Origin: Candidatus Latescibacterota bacterium
GTDB taxonomy: Bacteria > Latescibacterota > UBA2968 > UBA8231
Length of the DNA stretch: 64,000 bases
NCBI GenBank assembly: GCA_965215195.1
Contig: CBDCDC010000002.1
Coordinates: 2,720,001-2,784,000, forward strand
Reading direction: 5' to 3'
A program made the translations under genes and the position numbers. Under the pieces are notes generated by a model. That model made no database searches, was not told the DNA's origin, and saw nothing but the letters and a program-made list of their open reading frames with translations. Shown in pieces: positions 1-9,318 of this stretch (the first letter of the stretch is position 1; every line of letters starts with the position of its first letter).

Positions 1-859
1 TGAAATGCTCAAACGCCTTGCCAAAAACTGCGCCTTGCGCGTCCTGCAAATGTCGTTTCGCAAGGGTTCCGGCTACACCCACATCAAATAAGTAAAACTT
101 GGATGCGCGCGAAATGACTTGGCGGCTTTGTCGTCTCTTGAAAGGTGCGACCATGCTGCCCAAAAGCGTATCAACGAGGATCTGATAATACTCTTTCACG
201 GTCTTGGAACTGACGCCGCACTCGCGTGCGATATTGGAAAAGTTGGTCAACTCGCCGTGCGAGTATCCCAGCGCCTCAAAAAACCTGGAAAACGCTGGAA
301 TATCGCGCGTCAATCCCTCGGCAAAAACCTCTTCCTTTAGGTAATCTTGCAGATATGCGTTCAGAGAGCGGCGGTATTGCATACTGGCAAAGTGATCGGG
401 AATCAGGCCGCGATTCAAGATCGTCAAAAGATCCATATCGCCGTCGTTCAATTCATCGGTCACTAATGGAAACATTTCGTAGCGCCAAGCTCGTCCTCCG
501 AGCAAATTGGCTCGTCCCCGCTTGAGCTTGCGCGCACTGGAACCACACAGGATAAAACGCAGCCCCTTGTTTTCAATGAGCCAATGCACTTCATCTAACA
601 AGAGTGGTACGCGCTGCACTTCGTCCAAGATAATCGGCTGCGCCAGCAATGCTTCGGATTGTGTGAGTAGCTGTTCGCGCAGCAGGGCCGGCCGGCGGTT
701 GAAATCCAGCATCAAATCCGTCTTAAGAAAATCATAGACCAAACTGTTGGGAAACGCCTGTTTGAGATAGGTGGATTTACCCGTCTTGCGCGGCCCCCAC
801 AAAAAGGCCGACTGCCGCTTGGGCAAGTCCATTTCTAATCGCCGTAGATACTGAACCAT
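1..859 (-). CDS. AAA_14/DUF4143-family ATPase (runs off the window edge)
   Basis: Not in the ORF track. Manual translation from ATG at 859 (SD GGAGG): MVQYLRRLEMDLPKRQSAFLWGPRKTGKSTYL (Walker A), IILDEVQ (Walker B), CGSSARKL, KFYLFDVG. Open to base 1. Confidence 0.85.
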   Translation of the reverse strand, partial: MVQYLRRLEMDLPKRQSAFLWGPRKTGKSTYLKQAFPNSLVYDFLKTDLMLDFNRRPALLREQLLTQSEALLAQPIILDEVQRVPLLLDEVHWLIENKGLRFILCGSSARKLKRGRANLLGGRAWRYEMFPLVTDELNDGDMDLLTILNRGLIPDHFASMQYRRSLNAYLQDYLKEEVFAEGLTRDIPAFSRFFEALGYSHGELTNFSNIARECGVSSKTVKEYYQILVDTLLGSMVAPFKRRQSRQVISRASKFYLFDVGVAGTLAKRHLQDAQGAVFGKAFEHF

Positions 860-939
860 TTTGAACCTTCCTCCAAATTAGTCGAACTTTTTTGGAGTTT
901 AGTCCAAAATGGTCAAGCCGTCAAGCCGCGAGACGGCCC

Positions 940-1131
940 GTGCCGATCCAATGCGGCACGGGCCGCGACTTCGAAGATGCTGTTCTCCACGAGGCGGCAC
1001 GCCAAGCCGACGCCGATGCCTTAGTGACGCGCAACGAAAGCGATTTCAGAGCGGCGCTATTGGCGGTTTACGAACCGCGCGAATTGATCGCCATCGTCCA
1101 AGCCCGCCTTGCGGACCCACTTGATGAATGA
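940..1131 (+). pseudogene. C-terminal remnant of a PIN-domain (VapC-like) toxin
   Basis: DFEDAVLHEAARQADADALVTRNESDF matches a PIN C-terminal motif. The N-terminal xDTN motif is absent; the 5' boundary is approximate. Confidence 0.6.
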
Positions 1132-1142
1132 TCTTGCTGTAC

Positions 1143-1790
1143 CTAGGTACGGAGCAGTCGAGGCAACGCTGAAATGTCATTGATAACCGCAATTTTGGGT
1201 ACTTCGTTAAATTCAACTTTGCTCGTAGCACCTGATAGCACTGCAATAAAGGGCACCTTGGCCCGTGCGGCCGTTAACGCATCAACTTTACTGTCGCCCA
1301 CGTAAAGTACGTCACTAGCATCCATTTGCATTCTAGATATAGCGGTTGTCAAAGCGCCGGGATGTGGCTTGTGTTCGGCAACGTCTTCTCCGCCTATGAT
1401 GACGCCAAAGCGATTGGATAGTCCTTCTCTTGCTAGAATCTCCTCAATTCTATAGCGAAATTTCGTTGACACAATTCCCAGTTCAAAACCCATTTCGATC
1501 AATCGCTCAGTTGTCGCGGAGACGCTATCAAATACAGATGTTAAGTCCACCATAACCTGATCGGCCCGCTTGACAAAGTTGCTTGCGAACAAACTGACGT
1601 TCTGACCGTTTGCCTGCCCAGTCAAACGTAGAAAGGTGTCCTCCAAAGACATACCGATAGTTCGCTTAATTCGCTCGTCATCGGCTTGGGGCAGATTCAA
1701 CCTTTCCAGCGCAAAATTGACACACTCAATGATGCCTTTTGTTGAATCCGCTAGTGTAAGGTCGAAGTCAAAAATGATCGCCCGAGCCAT
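1143..1790 (-). CDS. HAD-superfamily hydrolase (phosphoglycolate phosphatase-like)
   Basis: MARAIIFDFDLTLADS (motif I), STK, KPHP, YVGDSKVD. Start moved to ATG 1790. Confidence 0.9.
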   Translation of the reverse strand: MARAIIFDFDLTLADSTKGIIECVNFALERLNLPQADDERIKRTIGMSLEDTFLRLTGQANGQNVSLFASNFVKRADQVMVDLTSVFDSVSATTERLIEMGFELGIVSTKFRYRIEEILAREGLSNRFGVIIGGEDVAEHKPHPGALTTAISRMQMDASDVLYVGDSKVDALTAARAKVPFIAVLSGATSKVEFNEVPKIAVINDISALPRLLRT

Positions 1791-2092
1791 AGCTTGTCGT
1801 GCGAATCCCTTTCTCAATACAGGGCGATGCGCCCGCTTCTGGTTGCCGACGATTAGGTAGGTGCCCGAAGTTGCGCGGGTGTGACGGCAATACACCCGCC
1901 GGTCGGTAGCGCACCGCCCGGTCCAAAAACGGCTCGGCGCTGTGTCTTACCGCGATTAGCAGAGCGGCATCGCATCGCCTAGCGCCAGCGAGTCGAGTAC
2001 GATCCGCTCGATCTCGGGGTGCTGCTCACCGCTTGAGACGCTCCAGCCACAACACCTTCACAGAGTGGACAAGCGTACGCTCTGCCTCCTTA

Positions 2093-2260
2093 GAAGCCGT
2101 CTGCTTCACCGCGCCTTTAGGCGTGACAAACCCCTGTCGGGCTGCTTTGCAAGGAGGTCCAGCGACCTCGGCATCCGGCGTTTTTCGAGGGCGAGACGCC
2201 CTCGATCCCAGCGGCTTGGAGTCAAGGCCGAGAGCGAAACCCTAGTTTTCAGACGGCTTC
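2093..2260 (+). mobile_element. MITE copy 1 (168 bp)
   Basis: TIRs GAAGCCGTCTG...CAGACGGCTTC with TTA on both sides. Shares CTGCTTCACCGCGCCTTTAGGCGTGACAAA-like sequence with the copies at 40531 and 62771. Confidence 0.8.
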
Positions 2261-3334
2261 TTAGAACACCGGAATGAACTTGTGGCACACTGGCGATGGC
2301 ACTTCCGCCTTGTGCCCGGTCGGCGTCAGCTTCCCGGTGTCCTGATCAATTTTGAACGTGAAGATGTCGTCGGTGCTGTGGTTGCCGACGATTAGGTACG
2401 TGCCCGTGGGGTCGAGGCCGAAGTTGCGCGGGTTGGCACCGCCGGTCGGCACGATCTCCACGAGTGCGAGCTGGCCGGTGTCTTGGGCGATGGCATAGAC
2501 GGCAATGGAGTCGTGACCGCGGTTGGACCCGTAGAGAAAGCGGCCAGTGGGGTGGACGTGGATGTCGGCGGTGTGGCTGACCTCGGCATAGCCTTCGGGC
2601 AGCGTCGAGATCGTCTGAGTGGTGGCGAGCGTACCGGCGTCGGCGTCGTAGTCGAAAGCCGTGATGGTGTTGCTCAGCTCGTTGATGACGTAAGCGCGTT
2701 GGCTGTCGGGGTGGAAGGCGAGGTGGCGCGGGCCGCTGCCCGGGGCGATTTCCGCCGGCGTCTGTGCGACGAGCGTCCCCTCGTCGTGGTCAATGGCGTA
2801 GATGAGCACCTTGTCGATGCCCAAGTCTGGGGCCAAGGCGTGTTTGTTGTTGGGGGACACCATAATCGAGTGGGCGTGTGGCCCCTCTTGGCGGCCCGGG
2901 TTGACCGAAGAACCCTCGTGTTGGACGAAATCCGTGGCCGCGCCGAGCGAGCCGTCTTCCCGAATCGGCAGGATGGCAACGCTGCCGCCGCCGTAGTTGG
3001 CAACCAGCGCGTACTGGCCAGCGCGATCAATGCTGATGTGACACGGGCCAGTGCCCACGGTTGATTCGGTGTTAATGTGGGTCAAGGCTCCGCTCTGCTG
3101 GTCAATGGCAAAGGCCGCAACCGCGCCGCCGGGCCGGTCGCCGACCGCGCTAACCTCGCCGATGGCATAGAGGAAGCGGCGATTGGGCGCGATGTCTAAG
3201 AAGGAGGGGTTGTCAATGCCGCCAATGCTACTTTGATGCGCGAGCGCACCGGTGGCCATGTCGAGGCGATAGACGTGAATGCCGTCGTCATCGCCGCTGG
3301 AATAGGTGCCGATATAGACGAGATAATCGCTCAT
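2261..3334 (-). CDS. pgl: 6-phosphogluconolactonase / lactonase-family beta-propeller
   Basis: YIGTY, VANYGGGS, HAHS, GPRH, GSNRGHDSI, PRNF motifs. SD GGAG precedes ATG 3334; the in-frame extension to 3415 is hydrophobic. Confidence 0.85.
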   Translation of the reverse strand: MSDYLVYIGTYSSGDDDGIHVYRLDMATGALAHQSSIGGIDNPSFLDIAPNRRFLYAIGEVSAVGDRPGGAVAAFAIDQQSGALTHINTESTVGTGPCHISIDRAGQYALVANYGGGSVAILPIREDGSLGAATDFVQHEGSSVNPGRQEGPHAHSIMVSPNNKHALAPDLGIDKVLIYAIDHDEGTLVAQTPAEIAPGSGPRHLAFHPDSQRAYVINELSNTITAFDYDADAGTLATTQTISTLPEGYAEVSHTADIHVHPTGRFLYGSNRGHDSIAVYAIAQDTGQLALVEIVPTGGANPRNFGLDPTGTYLIVGNHSTDDIFTFKIDQDTGKLTPTGHKAEVPSPVCHKFIPVF

Positions 3335-3411
3335 GGTGGAACTCCTTTGCGCTGTGAAAGCTATGGAAGGGAGGAAGAGAAGAATGAGTAGATTCCATCT
3401 CATAATACGCC

Positions 3412-3693
3412 TCATTGGCCGCCAGACACCCGAACCCTAGCGTGCTCCGGCAGAGTTTTAACGACGACTAGGGCGATGGCGTCGCAAGCGTCCGGGTGCG
3501 CGAGCACGGCGTCGGCCGAACTGGGCTTGGGAATCTCCATGCCCTCGATATGAAGTGCTAGGGCCTCGGCGGCCATTGCTCGGGCTTCCTCCAAGGTGCC
3601 GCCAGCAGTGATACAGCCGGGAAGGTCGGGGAAACTCACGCCGTAGTCGCTGTTCGGCTCCTTGTGAACTAAGCCGATATACGTTCGCTCCAT
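3412..3693 (-). CDS. hicB: HicB-family antitoxin, orphan and probably truncated
   Basis: YGVSFPDLPGCITAGGTLEEARAMAAEAL is a HicB signature. No adjacent hicA and no C-terminal DNA-binding domain. Confidence 0.8.
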   Translation of the reverse strand: MERTYIGLVHKEPNSDYGVSFPDLPGCITAGGTLEEARAMAAEALALHIEGMEIPKPSSADAVLAHPDACDAIALVVVKTLPEHARVRVSGGQ

Positions 3694-3705
3694 TTCACAG
3701 ATCGG

Positions 3706-6060
3706 CTAATAGATGACGGAAATGACACCTGTGTGCGTGTCGCGGCCCGCCTCGGCCCCCAAATCAAGGCGGTAGAGATACATGCCCGGCGCGACCACGG
3801 CCCCGGACTCGTCGCGGCCCGTCCACGTGACGCGATGGCCCGTTGCGGTCGGCATGGATTCGACCAGAGCGACTCGGCGGCCCGCTAGGTCGTAGAGCGC
3901 GAGCGCGGGGGTGGCCGCGTCTAGCTTAAAGACCACAAAGCGCATGTCGAGCGCGTCGTTGATCCCGTCGCCGTTGGGCGTGATCACGGAGGAGGCCAGT
4001 TCCAATGCGTCGATGAGCAGGCCGTGCTCAGCTAGTTCCGGGAGCATTACTACTTGGGCGCGGCGCTCGGCCGGCTCAACCGACTGCCAGAGGCCGGGCC
4101 GCTCGCTCAGCCCGAGGTCGAGGGGAAAAACCGTGGCATTGTGCAAAACCCGCGTCGTGAAACCCACCCGAATCGAGTCCTCGGTCGCGATGCGCGGCAG
4201 GGCGACCAACAGGGAATCGCCCCGCTGCTCAACGCGGGCGGGCGCGACCGGCGCAGAGCCGATGTGCAGCTCGACATCCTCGGCGGCAACCTCGCCGGGC
4301 AGGGTAAAGCGCAACAGATCAAAACCCGAGTCCTCGGCCTCCATCTGTGGCCAAAGCGTATAGGTGAAACGGGTGTCCTCGTTGGGGCTGGCTTGGCGCG
4401 GCTCAATGCGGCCCACCGCGCCCTGCAACAGCGCGTCCTCAAACTCAACCGACAGCGAACGGACCACCGGTGCCACGCTGGGGTCGTCGGTAGAGAGGAT
4501 CATCTCCAGCAGAATGAAGCGGCGCGGGCTTTCCGACTGGAATACCTCGCCCGAGAACTGATAGACGTTGCTCCACTCGCCCCAATCCTCGCCCACCACG
4601 AGCGTCGTATCGACCGGGCCGCGCAGCACCTTGGGCGAGCTCTTCCACTTCTCCTCGGTGACCTGCTCGCCGATCTTGTTGTAGAAGGTATAGACCGGCT
4701 CTAGCGAATTGCCCGAGCGCGAGCGCAGTTGCAGGCGGGTGCCCGCGGCCAGCTCGGCGTCCCAAGAGAGGTTTTTGATGACTTTCGGACGGCCATCGCC
4801 CGCAAGTTGGCCCAAGTCCACGAAGTCCGAGTGCAATACGACTTCGGCCGGATAGCCCGGGGAAAACAGCATGAATTCGGCCCATTTGACGATGCCCCAG
4901 CCGGTGTCCTTGATGCCGTGCCAGAAGAAGTAGCGCATCTTGCGCGGCTTGAACACATAGCGAATGTAAAGCAGGCGGTCGGCGTTGGGGTTGATGTGGG
5001 TCAGGAGCTCGGTGTAGTCAAACGCATCGGGCACGGGCAGATTGGAGCTGAGGCTGCGGGTGCCGTCTGAATAGAGCACGGTATGGCCCGGGCCCGTGCC
5101 ATTGATCGAGAAGCCCACCAAGCCCTCGTCGGGCCTAAAGGAATAGAGGAAGAACTCATCGACGAAAAATACCGCCCCCAGATCCACGCCAAACCACACC
5201 CCGCCCTCCTTCCAGCCGAGGCTGCCATAGGAAGAGCCGATTAGGTTGTTGGTGTTCATGTCGGCGTCGAAGAGATTTTGCGGATCGACCGAATTGACGC
5301 CGTTGACAAAGCGACCCCGCTGCATGGTGCCAATGCTGATGTTGTCGCCGATGGCGCGGATTTCGACCTCGGCCAAGGCCGCGCCTGGGGTCTGCTCTTC
5401 GGCCTCAATGCGGATGCGCTGGATCACGCGATAGTTGTTTTTGGCCACCGCGTCAATGGCCAAGCCCTCGTCGAGCTGAAGTACACTGTCGCGGGCGGCG
5501 AATCCGAGGGGGATAGCAATTTCGCTGGCCGCATTGGGCTGGGTGGTGCGGAAGAGTGGGTCCAGCAGTACCAAGTCGTCTTGCACCGAGATGCGGGTCC
5601 CGGTGCTGCCGTACACGGTAAACTGGCGGAAGGGACGCGCACCCTCCTCGTCGGGAAAAACGAGGCGTATTTCCCGAGCCAGCACGGCCCGGCCCAAGTC
5701 TATTTCAATGGCCCAGTCCTCGACCGCGTCCGCTGGATCTGGACGCCAGAAGGTCTGGAGATCCCCGTCGATGATGTGGTCTGCATCGGCTGGATTGGAG
5801 GCCGCCTCCCAGATGCCGCCGGCAACTCGCCCGCGGCTCTTGCTCTCGTAGGAAAAGCGATGAGCGTCCGCGACCGCGTTGATGTCCTTGCGGAACTTGA
5901 CGAGCTGTAGCTGGCCATTCTCGCCCACCTCGGTCAGGCCGAAGGGCACCTGCCAAGTTCCCCAAGCATCGCGGCCTTGGAAAGTCAGGATTTCGCTGCG
6001 GGCGGCCACGGCCGCAAATGCGACGCAGACGAGCGGCCAAAGAATTCGCATCGTTCCCAC
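3706..6060 (-). CDS. Secreted protein with discoidin-like region and FlgD-Ig/gliding-motility-type C-terminal domain
   Basis: N-terminal signal peptide; IDGDLQTFW...IEIDLG; C-terminal ITPNGDGIND...YDLAGR...WTGRDESG...PGMYLYR. Confidence 0.75.
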   Translation of the reverse strand: MGTMRILWPLVCVAFAAVAARSEILTFQGRDAWGTWQVPFGLTEVGENGQLQLVKFRKDINAVADAHRFSYESKSRGRVAGGIWEAASNPADADHIIDGDLQTFWRPDPADAVEDWAIEIDLGRAVLAREIRLVFPDEEGARPFRQFTVYGSTGTRISVQDDLVLLDPLFRTTQPNAASEIAIPLGFAARDSVLQLDEGLAIDAVAKNNYRVIQRIRIEAEEQTPGAALAEVEIRAIGDNISIGTMQRGRFVNGVNSVDPQNLFDADMNTNNLIGSSYGSLGWKEGGVWFGVDLGAVFFVDEFFLYSFRPDEGLVGFSINGTGPGHTVLYSDGTRSLSSNLPVPDAFDYTELLTHINPNADRLLYIRYVFKPRKMRYFFWHGIKDTGWGIVKWAEFMLFSPGYPAEVVLHSDFVDLGQLAGDGRPKVIKNLSWDAELAAGTRLQLRSRSGNSLEPVYTFYNKIGEQVTEEKWKSSPKVLRGPVDTTLVVGEDWGEWSNVYQFSGEVFQSESPRRFILLEMILSTDDPSVAPVVRSLSVEFEDALLQGAVGRIEPRQASPNEDTRFTYTLWPQMEAEDSGFDLLRFTLPGEVAAEDVELHIGSAPVAPARVEQRGDSLLVALPRIATEDSIRVGFTTRVLHNATVFPLDLGLSERPGLWQSVEPAERRAQVVMLPELAEHGLLIDALELASSVITPNGDGINDALDMRFVVFKLDAATPALALYDLAGRRVALVESMPTATGHRVTWTGRDESGAVVAPGMYLYRLDLGAEAGRDTHTGVISVIY

Positions 6061-6064
6061 TCCC

Positions 6065-8116
6065 TCAGTACGCTAGGCCCACGGGGCGGAGCACGGCAGC
6101 AGCGCGGAGCTCGGATTGCAGGGCTACGGAAATTAGGTACACGCCCGGAGGCAGGGCAGCGCCCTGTGCGTCGCGTCCGTCCCAGCGCACCGCTTGCGGA
6201 CCGGCCGTTTGCAAGCCTTGGGGCACGGCGGCTACGCGGCGTCCGTCAAGTGCATAGACCACCAGTTCGACGGGCACTTGTTCCGGCAGGCCATAGAGGG
6301 CATAGGCCACGCCCAGCTCGTCGTGAACGCCGTCGCCATTGGGCGTCAGCACGGGCGTTGAAAAGCGCAAGTCTTGCAGCAGAGCGGGTTGCTGAACCGA
6401 AGTGCTGAGGACGCGCAGGCTGTTGGTGGAAAGCAATTCGCTGGCGTCGCCAGAGACGATGGGTTGGGGCAAGGTCTCGGCCTGTGAGTCAGTGACTGTG
6501 CCCAAGAACGTGGTGGCCAGTTCAAAAACTTCTGCTGCAAAGACGATGCGCAACGGCGCGTTGTTGGCGCGGGTGACGCGCTCGGGCAGGATCACCGTTA
6601 GCCCGTCGTCCTCTTCGCGGACGGTGGCTGGATCGGTCGCTTGGCCGCCGACGAGCAACGCTTTGAACGCGGGCCGGCCCCCCGTGCGGATACGCACTTG
6701 GTCGAAGCCGCGCTGACTCCCCCCCGAAAAGGAGGCCGATAGGTCGTACGCAAACTCGACCATCGCGCCCAAGGCCACCTCCCCGAATCCATGTGCGGGC
6801 TGCGGGTCGGCGAGCGGGGCCACCTCCCCGAGAACGCGCGCCGCCAACAGGGGTGCCCGCTCGACCCACAACGAGTCCAAGCGCACAAAATCCGCAAAGC
6901 GGGTGCTGTGCAAGGTAATGAGCACCTGTATGAAGGAGCCGCTGTCGAGGTTGAGCGGCAGACCCGACTGGGTCGTGGGCGTCGACCAGAAGGTCCAGTT
7001 GTCGCTGTCATAGGTAATAGAGGCCCTCATGCCAGGCCGAGGACTGCGCTGTTCGAAGTCGCAGGAGGCGCACGTGCGGGCAAATCCGGTGCGGAGATCG
7101 TTCTCGTAGCGGTCGCGGGAGACGACCTTCTCCTTGCCGGTGACCGTGTATTCGTGATAAATGTTCGGGTCGTGGTCGCGGCCCGTGCGCACCTCAATCT
7201 CGGCGAAGGCCCGTGCATCGGGTGCCTCGACAGCCTCGCCATCGACAAAGCGCATCGGCGTGGCAGAAAAGAACAATCGGCCAAAATTTTGCTCAACCCC
7301 GAGGTTGATGATTTTGGAGCGGTACGTGGCTCGCTTGGGAAAGCCCTCGCCATAGACCTCAAACTCGCTGATGGTGCCCAAGAGCGAGCGGGCTTGATTG
7401 CCTTGGCCGCCGGACGTGCCGCTGACGCGGGTCAAGGCCGTCTCGTCGATGATGGAGAATTTGCGCGCCCAGCGGAAGAAGCGCACGTATTGCTGGTCGA
7501 AGCCAATGCGCACGTCAGGCGCAAAATTTTGCGTCGGCTCGGCGATGACCCTTGCGAGGGGCAACGGGCCTTTGACGGCGAAAATCTCGCTGTTTTCCTC
7601 TTGGATCGAGACTTGAAAGGCCGGCGTCGAATCCGTGCGCAGGGGAGTGCCATCGGAGCGGAAGCCGCCCGCAGGCGCGTGGAAGCCGAAGGTGTGCGCT
7701 GGCATAGGCACCGCTAGGTCGATGGTGAAAAACTGCTTGCCAATGCCCTCGGCTTTGGAGGAATTGTACGTGGTGCTGTCGGCATCGATGAGTGCCACGC
7801 CGTTTTCGGTCGGGTCGCCGTTGCCCTCGTTCCACTTCCAGATGCGAGGCCGCTCGCCGTCGATATAGCCCAAGTCTTTGGGCTGGCGAAAGGTCGTCCA
7901 GTTGTCGAGCAGGGAAATGATGTTGACGCCCGGCTCAACGCGCACCGGCTGGATGGCACCGGGGACGCGCTCAAAGTCAATCATAATGCTGACCGTGTCT
8001 TGGCCGGCCCAAGGCTGGCTGCCGCCGAGTTGCCAAGTAGTAACCTCGGCTTTTAGGGCTGCCGGTGCTAGGAGCGCAATACCAGCGGCGAGCGCGAAGC
8101 TGCGGATACTCAGCAT
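6065..8116 (-). CDS. Secreted protein with FlgD-Ig/gliding-motility-type C-terminal domain
   Basis: Signal peptide ending ALKA; C-terminal LTPNGDGVHD...WDGRDAQG...PGVY. Similar architecture to the adjacent gene. Confidence 0.75.
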   Translation of the reverse strand: MLSIRSFALAAGIALLAPAALKAEVTTWQLGGSQPWAGQDTVSIMIDFERVPGAIQPVRVEPGVNIISLLDNWTTFRQPKDLGYIDGERPRIWKWNEGNGDPTENGVALIDADSTTYNSSKAEGIGKQFFTIDLAVPMPAHTFGFHAPAGGFRSDGTPLRTDSTPAFQVSIQEENSEIFAVKGPLPLARVIAEPTQNFAPDVRIGFDQQYVRFFRWARKFSIIDETALTRVSGTSGGQGNQARSLLGTISEFEVYGEGFPKRATYRSKIINLGVEQNFGRLFFSATPMRFVDGEAVEAPDARAFAEIEVRTGRDHDPNIYHEYTVTGKEKVVSRDRYENDLRTGFARTCASCDFEQRSPRPGMRASITYDSDNWTFWSTPTTQSGLPLNLDSGSFIQVLITLHSTRFADFVRLDSLWVERAPLLAARVLGEVAPLADPQPAHGFGEVALGAMVEFAYDLSASFSGGSQRGFDQVRIRTGGRPAFKALLVGGQATDPATVREEDDGLTVILPERVTRANNAPLRIVFAAEVFELATTFLGTVTDSQAETLPQPIVSGDASELLSTNSLRVLSTSVQQPALLQDLRFSTPVLTPNGDGVHDELGVAYALYGLPEQVPVELVVYALDGRRVAAVPQGLQTAGPQAVRWDGRDAQGAALPPGVYLISVALQSELRAAAVLRPVGLAY

Positions 8117-8126
8117 ATCCTGTCTC

Positions 8127-8867
8127 CTAGCGGAAGTGAACGTCGGCCGCGTGGGGGATGCCGGGACCGCGCTGCATTCTCATTAGCTGGCGCTGACGCG
8201 GGCTCAAGCCATCCCACCACTCGGGCGGAAAGCCGTCGTGCGGGTCGAGCTGGAAGACCAGCATGTGCTTTCTGTAGTGGCCGAAGAGGGCGTGGCGGTT
8301 GCGGTCGCTGGTGTTGGCACCGCCGCCGTGCCAGCACTGCCCGTTGAAGACGATCACCGAGCCGGCCGGGGCGGTAGGCTGCACTTCGTGCTGGACCGCG
8401 AATCCCTCCGGGGGCGCGGCGAGTCCGCTCTTGTGCGAGCCGGGCACCACGCGAGTGCCGCCGGTCTCGGGGCTGAAGTCGTCGAGCATCCACACGGTAT
8501 TCATCATCACCGGCGTGTCCATGTTGAGCATATAGGCGGGGATGTCGCTGTGCAGGTCTTGGAAGCCGTCGCCGGGGCGGACGATGCGCGAGTTGAGGCT
8601 GCCCAAAATCAGCGAGGACTCGAGAAAGTGTTCGAGGATGGGCAAGACGCGAGGGTGGTCAATGCACTGGTGGAAGATGCGATCCATGACCGGGAGGTTG
8701 GCCACGTGGCGGGCCGAGCCGCGGTGGGTGTGTTCGGTGCCGTGCTCTTGTGCGCAGCGGATCAGAGCACGGCGCATGGCAGCGGCCGTGTCGGCGTCAA
8801 GGACGCTTTCGAGCAGGGTGAAGCCGTAGAGTTCGATTTCTTGGGTGGCTTGTTCGCGTTCGTTCAT
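8127..8867 (-). CDS. Phytanoyl-CoA dioxygenase (PhyH) family Fe/2OG oxygenase
   Basis: HSD (HxD), GGTRVVPGSH, WHGGGAN...R. SD AAGGAG precedes ATG 8867. Confidence 0.88.
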   Translation of the reverse strand: MNEREQATQEIELYGFTLLESVLDADTAAAMRRALIRCAQEHGTEHTHRGSARHVANLPVMDRIFHQCIDHPRVLPILEHFLESSLILGSLNSRIVRPGDGFQDLHSDIPAYMLNMDTPVMMNTVWMLDDFSPETGGTRVVPGSHKSGLAAPPEGFAVQHEVQPTAPAGSVIVFNGQCWHGGGANTSDRNRHALFGHYRKHMLVFQLDPHDGFPPEWWDGLSPRQRQLMRMQRGPGIPHAADVHFR

Positions 8868-9318
8868 GGAGGTCTCCTTTACAGGGGGGAGTAAGATAAA
8901 GGAGAGTGATTTAATCGTCAAACTCAGGTGGTGGATCAAACAAGCTAGGGGATTCCATACTTTATTTGCTTTGTCTCGATCCTTTTCTTTCCAGTTAAAA
9001 TCAATGTCAAACTCACTTAGTGTCTCACCATATATGACTAAAGGGAATCAAAAATAGATTTATGTCATTACTACGCATCATCGCTTGAGACGACCCACTC
9101 CAGTTACCAGCCAAAACCGCGATAGAGCTTCTGATGCTATGATATCTTCGCCTAATAGCAGAATGGGCATTGCAAAAATTGCTAAGTACACGACAGTAAA
9201 GTCACTTTGTCGCCACCGCTCTCGACGCTGTTGCTCCCGGCCTTCGGCGGCACTCTGATATTGAACTCCATGCGTTGCACTTACTAAATCGAATCGAGCC
9301 AGTCCCCGTTCACTTCCA

